Source: Guillardia theta CCMP2712
Lineage: Eukaryota; Protista; Cryptophyta
Length of the DNA: 64,000 nt
Reading direction: 5' to 3'
Assembly (NCBI RefSeq): GCF_000315625.1
Contig: NW_005434671.1
Location: forward strand, 638,188-702,187
In this document: in pieces, positions 34,501 to 48,200 of the stretch
Position numbering within the stretch: position 1 is the first letter of the stretch
Layout of the letters: every line of letters begins with the position of its first letter
Program-made: the position numbers and the translations under genes
The notes under the pieces: generated by a model
Databases searched by the model: none
What the model saw: the letters and a program-made list of their open reading frames with translations, nothing else
What the model was told of the DNA's origin: nothing

Positions 34501-35821
34501 CAGTTGCTGACAAGCAGTCAGGGGGCAGGACAAGAGCGGCAGGCAGCAGACCTTCTCAGGTACGAGTTACTTCCCGCAAAGTAGGCTCCCTGGGCGATGA
34601 AGGATATGAGCAGCTCCCAGGCAAACAAGAAGCTGAAGGCTTTGATTCCATCCTCAAGCGTTGTCCTCCGCGAAGAGTTCGGCATGGTGCTGGGGTCGTC
34701 GAGTGGGTCGTAGATGGCGAGAAGCAGCGCGTTGCTCAGCACCAGCCCTAAGACTATGCTGCTCCACAAAGGCCACTCGACCAGAAAGATGCAAAACCTG
34801 CGGATCAGATAAGCCAAGGTTCGGAGCCTCGAGGAGCTTTCAGACGGCTCCTGCTGAACAGCTCAACGTCACCCCGCGCGGCCAGCACAAGGTCTCACGA
34901 GGGGAAACAAGAAGAGCGTCCTCGAGTGATACTTGCTGGGGTCCGGCCTTCCGAGCCTTCTGACTAGATCGACATTCAAGAGGAGAGCGGTTGAGACAGT
35001 CTTTCCCAGCTCATCTGGTGGGAAGCGTCACCGACCCCCGACAACAGCTGCAGTCAACGGACGGAAGAGAAGCCGGATCTTCTTGACGACATAAAGGTCG
35101 TTGAGGTCGCTGACAAAAGACTTGAAGGTGTATCGCTGACTACGGATGAACTCCTACCAGCTCGCAGTCATTCAGGGCTGTCGACTCATTGGTGATACCT
35201 TTTCTGCTGCGATGGTCGTGTAAATGCTGTTGCCGACAAGCTCAAAGTTTTGTGTAACTTTCCGCAGCAATCTGACACGGTCTACCCTGTGGTGGAGTTG
35301 GTTTAGTCAAGTGTACGGGCGATGGATGAAGATGAAGATACAAGTGTAGAAACGATTCTTCACTCGTTTAAAAGCACCTGACTGTCTCTTCGTCGGGTTC
35401 AACTCCAGTGGTTGTGGAAGATTCCCGTCTTGACCTTCTCTCTCGATTCTTGAGATCATGCGAAGAGGTCTCTTGCTTTAGCTTCTTCAAGAACTCTGTC
35501 GCTGTGACAGATTCCTCCTGTTTCATGCTATCTGCACGCTCATCCGTCCTGGAGAGACAACATGTATCAAGTCAACATGATCGCCCCGGCGTTTGAGTGA
35601 AACCTTCGTTGGAGGGAGCTGCGGCGATAGTACTTGGAGTTCTTCACTTCGTCAGACACCCATGGCCTTTTGGCCGCATGCTCTTGCAATAGAAGGCCAG
35701 TCGGAGACAGCAGGATCGCAGGCTCAGGCTCCTTTGGATGGTCCCTGGCCTCCCCCTCTGTTTGCACGAAAGCAAGTTCTGCTTGCAGTGGCGCCGGACG
35801 ATGCGAGCGACGAGACGACAT
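27044..35821 (-). CDS. Four-domain voltage-gated cation channel (Cav/Nav-like), multi-exon, spans an assembly gap
   Basis: S4 helices: SALRSLRVLRPLRTIT, LRVFRSFRLLRLIRFLK, VVRVLRVWFLL and VRWIRAFRTLRVLKVL. S5 ends: GIQLWQG, GLSLFGGK and GMQLLGGK. Pore loops: GFDN...FQILMLDGW, RSNFNTFF and TFDWFG. Ends are approximate. Confidence 0.9.
28490..28822. repeat. (GCAGGA/GCAGGGA)n intronic microsatellite
   Basis: 6- and 7-bp tandem units inside an intron of the channel gene. Confidence 0.9.
29455..29612. repeat. Purine-only minisatellite (~27-bp unit), intronic
   Basis: GAGGAAGAGAAGAGAGGAAGAGAAGA-type tandem tract. Confidence 0.85.
31910..32223. other. (GGA/GGGA)n microsatellite running into a 100-N scaffold gap (32124-32223)
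   Basis: Directly visible. Missing channel sequence cannot be excluded. Confidence 0.95.
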
Positions 35822-36029
35822 GGCTACTCCTCCTCTTCCCCCCCCCTACGCAGCTCCTCCTCTCCCCCCCCCTACCCAGCTCCTCCTCTTCCCCTGCCTC
35901 TTCCCCCCCCTACCAAGCTCGCCATCACACGGTTTCGAAAGTCAAGTTTGAGGTCCGTTTTTTTTATTGACTCGAGCCCGCCTCGGTCGCTATGGACGGG
36001 GCGAATGGCGGGAATGCGACGAGGGCAAG

Positions 36030-39000
36030 ATGGACGATGGTGAGGTCGAGGAGGAAGCGAGGAAGCAGCTGAGAGGACCAGGAGGGGGAGGGAGAGGACG
36101 AGGGTGTGCCTCTTGCTGCTGCGACTCTGACATAGCGCAGCATGTTGGCACCAGACGATCCTGGCGTTATCTGATGGTTTGAAAAAGAGCGAATTTTGAA
36201 ACGATGGCAAAGTCGTCGAGTAAATCAGCCGCTGAGATGCAGGCAAAGGGCCTAGCAAAAGAGGTCATGCACAATCTGATTATCCTTGCTTCTCAAACCA
36301 TATCAGAATGAGCATCTGAAGATTGAAAATGTTCAAAAAGAAGACGATATCAAGAGAATGGCTTCGAAACTTCAAAAGATTGAGGCAGTAAGTGCACACC
36401 TTCAATGCTGACGACGACACTCACACTATCGAAGGACATTGCGATGTATATGAGGAAGGACAGAGCTCGAGGCGTGGACACCAGGAAGCAAGACCATGGT
36501 GCGAAACTTTGAAACATCAGGATGCCGATGAAGTTCACGCGCTTCTCTCAGACAAGTCAAGCGCACGTTTGGAGCTCGCAGTCGCCGAGAAGACGAAAGA
36601 GATTGAGAACATCTCTCGACAGGTCTAGTCCTTTGCATGTTCATAACTCCTGTGGCATTTCATGGAATGTTTGAATGTTCAAATTTGTTCCTAAACCAGA
36701 TCCTTCTCCTGAAGTATGCCCCCGAAACATTCAAGGCCCAGCCAAAGAAAAGCCAGTGGTCACACTGTGAGGAGATTAAAGCTTGTAATCCTGTGATATC
36801 TCCCAAGCTGACCGCGATCCTCCTACTGCAGGAAACGACAAACAAATCCAACAAAACAAGTCAAAGAAACCCGAATCCCAGTGCCTGCATCGCAATCCGA
36901 CGTATTCTCAGCCGCTGCTTTTCTTGCGCTAAATCGAATTGAAGCAGACCGACTGGATTGGCAAGATGAGCAAGAGCGAACAGTTGAAAATGATCGAAAC
37001 TTTGAAGATTGAGCTGCAGAGGTTTGCCTTTCATGCAAGCAAAGCCAATACTCATTTCAACAACATCAGAGCGACAGAGCGTCTGAACATCATACAAGAA
37101 ACGGTGAGACAACTTGTACATAATGTTGATACGTGACTGCGAATGGTACAAGCAACGAAAGAATCAAGATGGGGACAGTTTGCGTTCGATCACAAGGTAC
37201 TTGCTTTTACGTAATATATTTCTACTGTTAAGCAAGGACAAAGTCGGAAAGGATTTCAATTGGAGGACTTCAAGAAGGAGATACAAAATTTTGTTTCCAA
37301 TCAAGTATGTAGAATCTAACTGCCCGCCTGAAGAATGAGTGTGCTTACTCCATTACCGCAGGCACTGCTAGACGCGGAAGAAGAAACTTTAATACTTTCC
37401 ATTCAAGTATTTGATGTCCTTGCTTGCATTCGATTGGGCATGCTGATGCTTGCTTCATTATCATTCTAGTCTGAAAAAAAGTCGAAAGATCAATTGGAAG
37501 TTGAGGTTTGCAAACTGAAATCGAATCCATTTTTGATAATTCCTCGCGTTCAACTCAGGTTGATAGGCTCAAGACAGAACTTGCAAAGATCAAGAGCCGA
37601 GGAGTAGATGTAAGATGGGCTGACACTGACCTTCACCTTGTGACGTCGATGTTGTAGCTCGTGCATCAACAACAGATCCTTGAACTGCGGAAAGATGAGC
37701 ACGAGAAACTAAACCAACACGGTGAAACTGTCCTAGGCCTATGCATACTTTGACTCGATGGAAATAGTCCAGGATTTGAGAGATGAAATCGAGAGTTTGG
37801 AAGCTCAGAACTCAGGTGTCTCAACATCTACAAAGAAGTTCTCGTGATCTTGTTTGGCATCAACAGCGTTGAGACAGAATGCCTTCTCAGCTGGTCACGT
37901 TAAAGTGCACGCACGAGTGCTTGGAGGAAAAGTGCAGGAACTGAATGAAGAATTGGTAGACATAAGGTGCGTCAAAGCGAGATTGATTTCGCAATCTTAT
38001 GCAACGAGGAAGGAAACGAGCGCAGGACTTGCAGTCCATCAATGATGCAACTGAAAAAGAGAAGTAGCAGCAAGAATTGTGTTGCTAATTCACTTGACAT
38101 GAACCAAATTCAGAAATCTAATAGAAGTTGATGGCGAGGAATCGATTGCTAGATTGAAAGCGGTGTGTAATGTCTGTGGTCACATTGTTGTTCCAATTCA
38201 CGCTTGAAATTCCAGAGATCAGCAGAAGTGACTGCAAAAATCAAGTTGTTGGATCGGCAGGTCTGATGACTTTGGTGGTGTGGGTTCTCTTTCTGAACAA
38301 CAAGCTAGATTGAAACCATGCAAGAAAGAAAAGAAATCCTTCTAGGCAGCAGCAATGCGGTTGTTCTTCCCTGAGAAACATCATGACGATGACGAGTTAT
38401 GTGAAAAGAACTCCCAACCAAAGATGAACGACAAATCAGCGTTGGAAGCTAAAAGACTGGCGCAGAGATCTGGTACTCCCTTGTACCTGCGGAAGCAGGT
38501 CTCGGCATCTCAACGCTTGTCCCTCGCCGCCTTGACTCGGATGGGTCGCAGGGGAGCTCAGAGTCGGATGAGTCAACTGCCCTCAGCCAGGAAGTTCGTC
38601 GCCTCACTCTCGAAAACAACTGGCAACGCCGTGAAACGAGTGAGTGCTTCTTGTGAGGATCGGCACGTGTCTTGACCGCATCAACAGATAAATTGAAAGA
38701 GATGCTGAGGTTGCAGGTAAGATGAAGTGTTTATGAGAAACACTTGCGTTGGTTGCCTATCGGTCCTTACGACACTGATCAATTTGTGAAGGAACCACTT
38801 GAACTGCACAGAAGCAGACTGTCAAATAGAGAATCGAAAGAAGAAGAGAAGTGAAAGCTGCTGTTTCAGAATTTGTGTTGAAACTTATGGCGCTGTCAGG
38901 CTCAGACAAGTCCACATGAAGAAAGTGACTTACTTGCAAAGAAAGATTCTCCAAGTCCAGGTGGAAGACACGGCCTTATGAGCCTGAACAAGTAAAACTT

Positions 39001-42000
39001 CTGCACAGGATAGGATTGATCAAATGAAGGAAGTGGTCACACATTCGAGATCTGACTCAACGAAGCAAAAAGGTCTCGGTGAGTCAGTTCCAACGTTTGA
39101 TGTTGAGTGATGTGACAGGGCTGAAACCGGCTGACTTGAGCATGTTGACGGGTGACATTCACCGTCATGGGCTGAACCTTACTCACGACTCTTGATTGTA
39201 CTTGACTTGCAGGTAGAGCCATCTTCGCCATAGATCTGCAGGGTCTTGAGATAGACAGGCACTTGGATTCGATAATGGACACAGCAGATTTACTATCTCC
39301 TCAGGAGCAACGAGATGTTCCGGTCGATTGAACCAACAACCATGCTGGCAATCGACTTCTACCTGCATGACACACAGGTGCTCCGACGAGGAGGCTGGAG
39401 AGGTCAAGTCACGCTTCTTGTACAGTTTGGAGATCCTGTGAACGGGTGCAATCCACAAGTGAAGATGCGAAGAGACCTGGAGGTCAGCAGACGCTTTACC
39501 GAGATGAAAGAGGCTGAAGATGGCTTGAAGGTGGTGGTGGACGACATGCTGATTGAATTCTTGTACTCCGAGAAGCTCCTCGTTCACTTGATCAACGTCC
39601 AAGGCACGGACTTTGAAATTATCGCCAGGTAGTTCTCGATGAAAGCCTTCCAGTCTTTCTCGAATGACGTTTGATTGACAGTGGAGCGGTCTCCATGAAT
39701 GATTTCGTGTTCAAGGTTGGAATCGCAGAAGTGTCTTACGACAAGGTTTCCTTATGTTGATTGCATTATTCCTGCCCTAATTTGTGGTCGAACTTTAGCT
39801 GCCATTACGGAATGTGAATGGAACGACCATGGCAACTGTGAATCTGAACGTGTCTTTGCTGGGAGACATCTCAAGAATGGTATTCATATCGTGTTTCCTG
39901 TGCATTCTGTGAGCAAAGCAGGCGTCTCAGTTTCAAGCCTCTCTGTCTTCGTCCCCCACCATCAAACAAAGCAAGGTTTGACGCAACTTCGATCTGTACT
40001 TTCATCCAAATTCTGGCCAGCGCTCAACGATTCGCCATCTGTATGAAGACTTCCCGCGAAAGACGAATGCAACGTATATGCTTGTTGTGAAGGTGATGAT
40101 TGATGTGACATTTCGACGAGTGATTTGCCTTCGTCAGATCAAATCAGTTGTGGGACTGGAATCACGGTCCGTCTCGTTTGACAAATCCAAGTTTGGAGCG
40201 GTGCAAAGAAAAGTTTCCGGTGAGATGATGAGGCTTTGGTTCGAACTCATTCCTCGGCAGTCATGTTCCAAGTCCTTGATTTCCCGGTTGCTGAGACGAG
40301 AACGGTCCCAATCATCGAAGGGTCGAAGGTTTGGGGGGGGACGTGACGTGATTGAGAATGAGACGCGGTTGCAACAGAGCTCTTCCTTCGATGACGAAAC
40401 AAAATCTTTTCCCATCCCTACAGATTCAAGTTGGAACCAGAGGTGCGATGAAGCGAATATCTTGACAGAATCTCACCCACATGGTGTGCAGACTTGTTTC
40501 AGGACATGTGGAATTCTTTGTGCTGGACAATTCAGGCAAGTCGGAATCTGCTGCAGTTGCGGCTGTGACTGGAGTACAGAGTTTGTAAGCGACGACTACA
40601 TCGGCTCTTGTCGATTGAGGTGAGCAGAGGAGATCAGATTTGATGTGGAGGGAGGAGATCGGATCTGATGTTGAATGGGTGGCAGTCTCGCTCCGCTCTT
40701 CTCCAAGCGAGGGCTGCACTCGGACCTCAAGATTCGAGACTCTCATAGCCAAGTGGTCTACCTCGTGCTCTGTTCCCGCTGACTGCATCGCAGCGGGGAG
40801 TTCTGGAGGTGGAGGTGTCTTGGGAGGAAGAGCCGCTACATGCTGGTACCCGCGGGTCTTGTGCGCCGTCCGATCGTAATGCTCGATGATAAAGGCGACC
40901 GGGAAATGGACCAGGAGGCGATTAGCTGCCTTGAAGCTCTCGTGAAGTACCCGATGACCCCGGCATGGTCGAAGCCTCCGATCGTCTGATCACGTCCTTG
41001 CAGATGGGTGGAGCATTTGGGGCTCGGGAGTGTGGAGCTAGCGGCTCAAGCGCTGTTTGAAGTGAGTTGTGAGGTCTTATCTTCCACCCTTGATCCTCGG
41101 CAGTCGTGGGAGAGCAGAAGCATCGAAGTTTTGTCAGAGGGCTTCAGCAAAGAGACTTGGATTTCATACCTGAGCGAGGATAAAACAATCTTTGAACGGT
41201 GAAGGGAGATTGACTTTCTTCGCTCCTTACCATCAGCTCGATCAGACTCAAATTAGCAGAATTGCACTACATCTTTGATTATCTCACCAAATCATCGTCA
41301 AGTATCCCGTTTCGGTTCCTGGGGAACACCTAAATAGATATTGCAGGTGAACAATCCAGAAGGTTGTCCAAGGCGACATTCTTGCATGCAATCTGCTTTC
41401 CTACACATGCTGTGGGAGACAAAAGGGAGTGTCCTATCTGCAAACAAGGGAAGAGAGAGGCAGTCGCTGAGGTATCAGACTCTCTCGCGACCCTGCTCGT
41501 TCACCCCCTCGATTGCAGAGGACGTCGGATCTCTCGGGCGATGCTCTATCGCTGCATATCAGACAGGTCTCCCCGTCTTGTCTCTCCTCGTCCTCACTCC
41601 GTCTCAGGTCAAGTGCATGGACGCGCTTCTGAGAGAGGACTCGATTAAAGAGCTTGCCTTGCGGGTGAAGTCTCAGTTTACAAGGCAACTCCCTGACTTC
41701 AAGGAAGGTCCTCTGCCTCCGAGGGAAGCTCGATAAGGTGGACTCGGAACCCTTTGACAACAGGCAGAAGGACGTCGGCGAGTTCTTGTCTCACTCTGCT
41801 CGCAGCAATGTGGCTGGAGGGTTCGTAGCCGTCGGGAAGACCTGGGGAAGCTCGGAGAAGGAGAGGCTGAGGTTGCTGTGTCCTCCGCCCGCCTGTTGTT
41901 CACCCATCGACTCCCGCAGCATGAAGAAGATGCTGCAGGAGGAGAGAAGCATGGAAGAGCAGGTGGCATCGCCAGGCGTGAGGCCAAGCAACGAAGAAGC

Positions 42001-42371
42001 TGATGTTTCCTTGTAGTTGATCGAAGTCCAGCTGATCAGACACTCAAGCCCCATGCCTGACAGCCTCCAACCGGAGCAGCTCCTGGTAGTTGATCCATGT
42101 CTCCCCTCGCTCATATTTCTCATCTCATCTCTCTGGCTCCTCCCATTCCTCTTCTCAGGCTTTCCATCGCTTCTCTCTCGCCGACATCGCCTCTCACGAC
42201 CTTGGCGATCTGACCGTCAAGTTCTTCTCCTCCGCCGCCATCGGTCGGGTCGTGTGGAGGTTGTCGGGTCGCGCTGACTGCTGGTCAGGCCGGTGGAAGG
42301 AGGGTGAGCATCTGCTGGAGGCGAAGGTGGACATCGTGGGAAAGAAATTCTTGAATTATCTAAAGAGCTAA
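36030..42371 (+). CDS. RPGRIP1L/RPGRIP1-like ciliary transition-zone protein (coiled coil + C2 domains), many small exons
   Basis: Coiled-coil exons at 36.0-39.0 kb. The exon near 39315-39630 (TTMLAIDFYLHDTQ...GCNP...VVVDDMLIEFLYSEKLLVHLINVQGTDFEIIA) resembles the first RPGRIP1L C2 domain as I recall it. Later exons carry C2-like motifs (DDYIGS, GLGSVEL). It could be more than one gene. Confidence 0.55.
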
Positions 42372-42412
42372 AGGACAAAAAAAGGTTGATGAAATGTACA
42401 AGAGACCCCACA

Positions 42413-45098
42413 TCATGAGGGTCGCGATGCGCCCAGCTCTAGGACAGGAGCGTCGGCACTGTTCTGCCTTGACGGGATCTCCTCTGGAATCTCGTCGTTT
42501 GCAGCAGCTGGACGAGGAGGCGGGTCTTGGCGAGCAGAGACAGGAAGACTCTGCACTTGGTCCCCCTGATCGTCTTGCGCTCCTCGTGAGAGAGGAAGGC
42601 TCGTCACATCCTCCTCGGCCTCCTCTTCCTTGGGCTCGGACAAGGGCAAAGACATGACCGTCTCCTCTCTGCCCTCCTTCTCACCAGCCGCATCATCAAA
42701 CGACAGGCGATCGGCCTGCTCCTCCTCGAAATCTCCTTGAGCCTCAGCGCTCTCTTGCGAGACCTCTCCTCCGCCCTTACCGGACTCGTCATCTTCGAAC
42801 GAGCCGAATGACTGCAGCGCTTCTCCTGTCAAGTCCACGTCGCTCCCCGCTGCCTCTTCTCCCTCCTTCCCGGCTCTACCATGCTCTACCAACCCAACCT
42901 CGACGTCCTCCTCTTCCCCTCCTCCTTCATCAACCTCTAGCGCTTCGAATTTGCTGCTCTCATCGCCTCTGCGTGAGCCTCCATGCACGTCCTGCAACGT
43001 CGGTGGCTTCACCCCGAAGATCTCCTGGTAGTCGCGATCCTCCGCCTGCTCCTCCGGGTTCATCTCGGAGTTCGAGGGAGACTCCGGGAGGGAGGACAGG
43101 GAGGGGAACTTGTGCTCGAACCGGATGTGACTGAGCGGCTCCTCCGTGACGATGGACGGAGGGTCCACCCTGATGCACAAGTCAGTCTAGCAACAGCAGG
43201 AGGGGGGAGGAGGGCCAACCTGTACTGCAGGTACGCGAAGTCCTTGGCAGGCTCCTCGAGCTGGTCTGAGGCGCCGCTTCTCCTCTCCATCTGGGCATGT
43301 TGGACGACTATGGTCGCGTTCCTGAAGGTCTCAGGGTCCTTGAGCTGCCACCACCGTCACTTCACCCTCCCACCCATGGCAAGACGCACCCGCTGCATCT
43401 GCTCAAACTGCTCCCTGATGACCGACTCCAGAACCTCCATCTGCTTCGCATGCTCGGACAAGCTGCTGTTGGTGACTCTCTTGAAGTCGCTCAGGCTCCC
43501 TCGGACTTCCTCCAGCTCGCTCATCGTCTTGCTGTTGATCGAACGGGCACTGTTGAGCGAGGAGTTCAACTTCAGCTCAACCTAGTCGACACGTCAGAAA
43601 TGGAAGGCAGCGCCTACACATTCATCACCTTCGTCTCCAAACTCTGAAGCTCTTGCTTGTTCTCATTGATCTTCACCCGAAACTCTCCAATGGATCCCAA
43701 CAACTTCGATCGTGAGTCTTCAACGTCTCTCTTGAACTGCTCGATCGACTTGTTGGTCTTGTCTTCAAGCGCTGTGTACTTTCCCCATACTTTCCTCTCA
43801 GTTTGACGGATGACGTCTTCACAATCTCTCAGTCTAGAGCTCAAACCATCTCGTACAAGATGATCCTGAGCGATCTGCTTGGAAAAATCACTTCGCAATC
43901 GACTCTCGAGAGCGACCAGCTGATCCTTCAAGCCCTTCACGTCATATTGTACAGTCGACTTGATTTCTTTGATGCTGTCGCCTTGTCTTTCTTGGATGGT
44001 TTGAAGCCTTCGAATGCTTTCTTCCGTCTTCTCCGTCACTAGTTTCAGGCCCACGGTCGCCTCTTCCTGTAAGCTCAGCGCCAGTCGCTTCAGCTCGCTG
44101 CCCTCGTCTTGCAGCTTGTTGGAGAGTAACTGAGCTGCAGCGCTCTTGTCAGAGATTTGTCGTAGAGCATCATTCAGCGTCTGACTGAGACGGTTCTGGT
44201 CCTGGTTGTAGCTTGCTACCACGCGATCGAGCTTCCAGGAGAAAGTTTTCTGCAACTCCTCTCGGGCCAGGCGTTCAAAGCGAATGTCCTCAGTGATTTG
44301 ATCGCGAAATCTTGAAATCTCGTCCCTGGACTTGTCAGCATTGTCGCTGTCGCTTCTAATCGCCTCGATGGTCTCTGATCGAACTCGTTTGAGAGCTTCT
44401 GACTGCAGCTGGGACTCTTGCTTCAGAAGGTTCTTGGTGGAGACGAACATGTCTGACAACTCCTGACGCACCTCAAAGTCCCCACGATTCCTCTCTTCTG
44501 TCTCCTTCTGCAACACTCTTTCAAGCACGAGAAACCTCTCCAAGTTTTGTTGATGTTGTAGTTTGAACTCTTCTTTCATCGCCTTCACTGACTTTTCCAC
44601 CTCCTGCAGCATACCCTGGTTTTGTTGAAACATGGTGCCTTTATCATCTTTTGTGCGTGATTCCACGTTTCGGATCAAAGTGTCTGATTGAGATATCCTA
44701 TGGCTCATCAAGTTGAGTTCATTCGACAGATCTCTTTTTGCTGATTTCAGATCGTTGTTCATCTGTTCTTTCAGCTTTGAAACCTCGTCAAGGGCATCTT
44801 TGACAGAGTTTTCCAGCTCGACGTTTCGGTGCTGTATTGCATCAGAGTTCTTGGCTTCTCTCTTGTCGAGATTTCTCAGTTTGGATTCCAGGACTTGATG
44901 CCGCATATCTGCCCCATCCAACCGATGATAGCAAACCTCTTCGACCCGCTTCACGTCATGCTGCAACGACCTCAGCTGTTGCTTCATCTCCATCATCAGT
45001 TCTATCATAACATTTCGTTCTGAGAGAGGGCTCTCTACCCGCAGGATCCTGCCGCCGCCACCTCCTCCACCCTCCATGTCATCTTGCATGGCGCCCAT
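42413..45098 (-). CDS. Long coiled-coil protein with acidic disordered C-terminus
   Basis: 494-aa heptad-rich exon at 43614..45098, further exons at ~43357-43580, ~43220-43320 and 42413..43180. Confidence 0.75.
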
Positions 45099-45292
45099 CG
45101 GCCGTTATAAATTTGTCACCCTCGTCCCCTCTCGTGCCCAGGTCCTGTCAGACTTCAAGCCCCGGGCCCGGGGTTCAGAAGTTCAATCGCCAGGGCTCGG
45201 AGTTCTCAGCCCGGGCCCGGACTCGGCCCGACTCAATCACTGAGCTATTTGTGTCACTTTACAGTAAATAATGTTAAAAAAGTTACATGGTT

Positions 45293-48200
45293 CTAATCTA
45301 CACCAGGGCTCCACGTGTCGTCGTAGTTTTCAAAGTCTTGGGCGTTCAGACGAGAGTTTCCTCCGACAAGGAGCATGCAGGTCTTGAACAGCAGCAGCTG
45401 CCCCTGCGCCCTCCGCAGGAATGTCTGATTGCCGTCAATCGCAACTTTCTGCCACCCGAGCCCGTTGTCTGCTGAGACCCACACGTCCGAGAAGTAACGA
45501 TCCCAACTATCGTACCCGCTGATCAGCATCAGATTCCCATCTGCTGTCTCTGAAAGCTGCGAGAACACCCTTCTCGGCCATTGGCTGCTGTTGGTGACCT
45601 CCCGCCACGTCAGACCCAAGTCGATGGACGCCCAAACGTCGTTACGGTTGGGCCGTTCAGCACACGTGGCGTTGAGCACGCAGCAATACTGGGGAGCAGC
45701 TCCTGAGAGGATCTCGCAGCCAGCAAGAGCGTTGTCATAGAGGACACATCCAGTCTCGCACGAGCTGCCTCCCAGCACGTAGATGCTCGGAACTCGCCTG
45801 CTCTCTGTGATGAGGCTCGGCAACGGCCTGCAACACTGGAGGTCAGGCACGGCAGCTAACGGGCACCCTCACCTTCTCACTGGCTGCATGTAGAGCAGCA
45901 TCGCAAAGCCGTACCGCCCGGGCCATGGAGCAGCGGGCAAGACCTCGAACCAGTTGGAACCTCCGTCGGTAGACTGCCAGACGTCGCTCAGCCGTGGATT
46001 CGGTTCGTAGGAGATGCCGCCGGATATGATGAGACGGTTGGAAAACCTTCCGAGAGAGGTCAGCAAAGAAGCAGAGGAGGATGAGAAGGCTCTACCTAGT
46101 CAGCCCGAACCAGCAGCGTGCGGGGAAGGACTGGTTTGCGATGACCTGTTCCCAGCTCCTTCCGTCATATGAAATCCAAATGTCGTTGAGGTACTCGTTC
46201 TGCCCCCTCAACGTGGCTGTCCTCCCCCCGATGACCAGGAGGCTGTGATTGAAGTCTGGACCCAAGGCCACCATAGAGTGACCCTCCCTAGGCGACCAGG
46301 ACGCGGAAGGAGTGAGCAGCGTGTAGGAGACTCCGTCCTTGGACTCATAGACGTCATTGAAGAACTGCTTCTGGTCGAACCCTCCCGCGAGAATGATCTT
46401 TTCTGTATCATTCAATTCAATCGGTGAGATTCCACTGACGGTTATCTTTGTCCCGTCGACCCCGAGGAGGTCGTAGTTGCTCACAAGAGTTATCACGATC
46501 TCGTTCCAGCTCAGCGGCATCGCTGATGTCTGCCCGACGTTGCGGACGATGAACGAGGGTCCTTCCACCCGCATGGGTTTGCAGTCATCCGCGCTGGTGA
46601 AGGGAGCGCTGCAATCCGAGCTTAAGCTCATTCCTTCCAATCCTACGGAGATTCCAAGCCCATTCAGCGCGACCTGCACGGAACTCGGATGTTGTTGGCC
46701 ATTGATGGGATTGAGCAGCAGCAGCTCGAGGTAGTACGGGACATACCGTTGTAAGGTCTTAGTGACGTTGAGGCGAGCAGTACCAGTCGAATGATTCCAA
46801 CTATCGATGATGAAGATGTCTCCGTCTGAAGACACTGGGATCGAGGAGTCCTTGGAGTCACTGCCAATCAGACCGCTGATAGTCAATTGACTTCGCGCCC
46901 AATCGGGTACATCAAAGTTAAGCGCAATGGTTACGCTGACGGTGTTGTTCGCCCCGGGGTATGGACTCGATTGTCCTACCTCCTTCGTGATCAGCCCCGG
47001 GCTGTACACCTTCATCGGCCCTGCGTCCCCTGCCCTCGCTCCATACACCCTCGGTACCGTGATCCCGTCGGGCTCCATGCGCTCCGCCGACAAGTCTTGA
47101 TCGCAGCCTGACGTGTAGACGTACACGTCTTGAGCTGCCTGCCCGACCCTCCCGTTGACCACTGTGAACGAAAACACCACTCCCGTGTCCGGCGCTATCT
47201 CCGCGTTGCTGGCCAGCTCCACCGCCAAGATCCCTCCCTGCACCTGCCACCTCCCCTGCCCTCGCAAGACCCCGGCGACCGGGTCCAGCGATGAGACCGT
47301 CATGCTGGCAGTGTCAGCCGTCTGGCTGCCGTTGAGGCCGACGATAGAGATAGTGCAGACAGCTTGGCTGGAGTGTTTCAAAGTGACGAAGGAAGCCAAG
47401 GTGACAGTGAGAGTATTGTTTGCCACAGGGTAGGGGCTGGACTGACCGATGTTGCGGAGAGCCCACACGGGACCATAGACCTTGAGAGGGGAGGCGTCAC
47501 CGGGGGAGCTTCCTAGGATGGGAAGCGCCGACTGATTCTTGTCGAGGATCTCAGGAAGGGAGGTGAGCGCTCCTGCAACCGATATACTGACTGCCGGGGA
47601 CTCCGTCGCATAAGTTGGATTGGTGAGGAAGAAGTAGACTGATATCAAAGTCGCGGCAGGAAGGTCAGATTGAACTGAGTAAGGGATGACAACTTTGCCT
47701 TCCACCTTGTTCCACACTGCGTTGCCTGTGATGGTGTTGCCATTTATCGACATGTTGTAGCTCAGATATGTGGCATCTGTAGCTGAGCCCACAAGACCGG
47801 AGCAGGTGAACGTCAAGTTCCAAGAATTAAACAGTGGGATGTTGAAAGCAAGGTAGAGCGAGATGAGGTTTCGTTGGTGAGGTACACAACTGCTCTGACT
47901 GATCAACTTCACGACCAAACCAGGCCCCTGCACTCTGAATACTCTGCAATCCCCTGGCTGAGCTCCTATGACGGTCGGAGAGCAACTCTGAGACTCGTTC
48001 ATCTGAACGAATCCCAGGTCAAAGTTTGAGTTGCCGACTTCTATCCAAACGTTTGGAGGTTGTAGTTCAGAGGATGGATTCGTGAAATAAAACGAGAAGA
48101 TTAGGAGCTTTCCGCTGGGCAGTTCGGAACCACCCAACATCTCGATCGTGATCGTCCTGTCCGTCTGATTCCACCTCCCGTCTGCTCCAAGAATCGACGG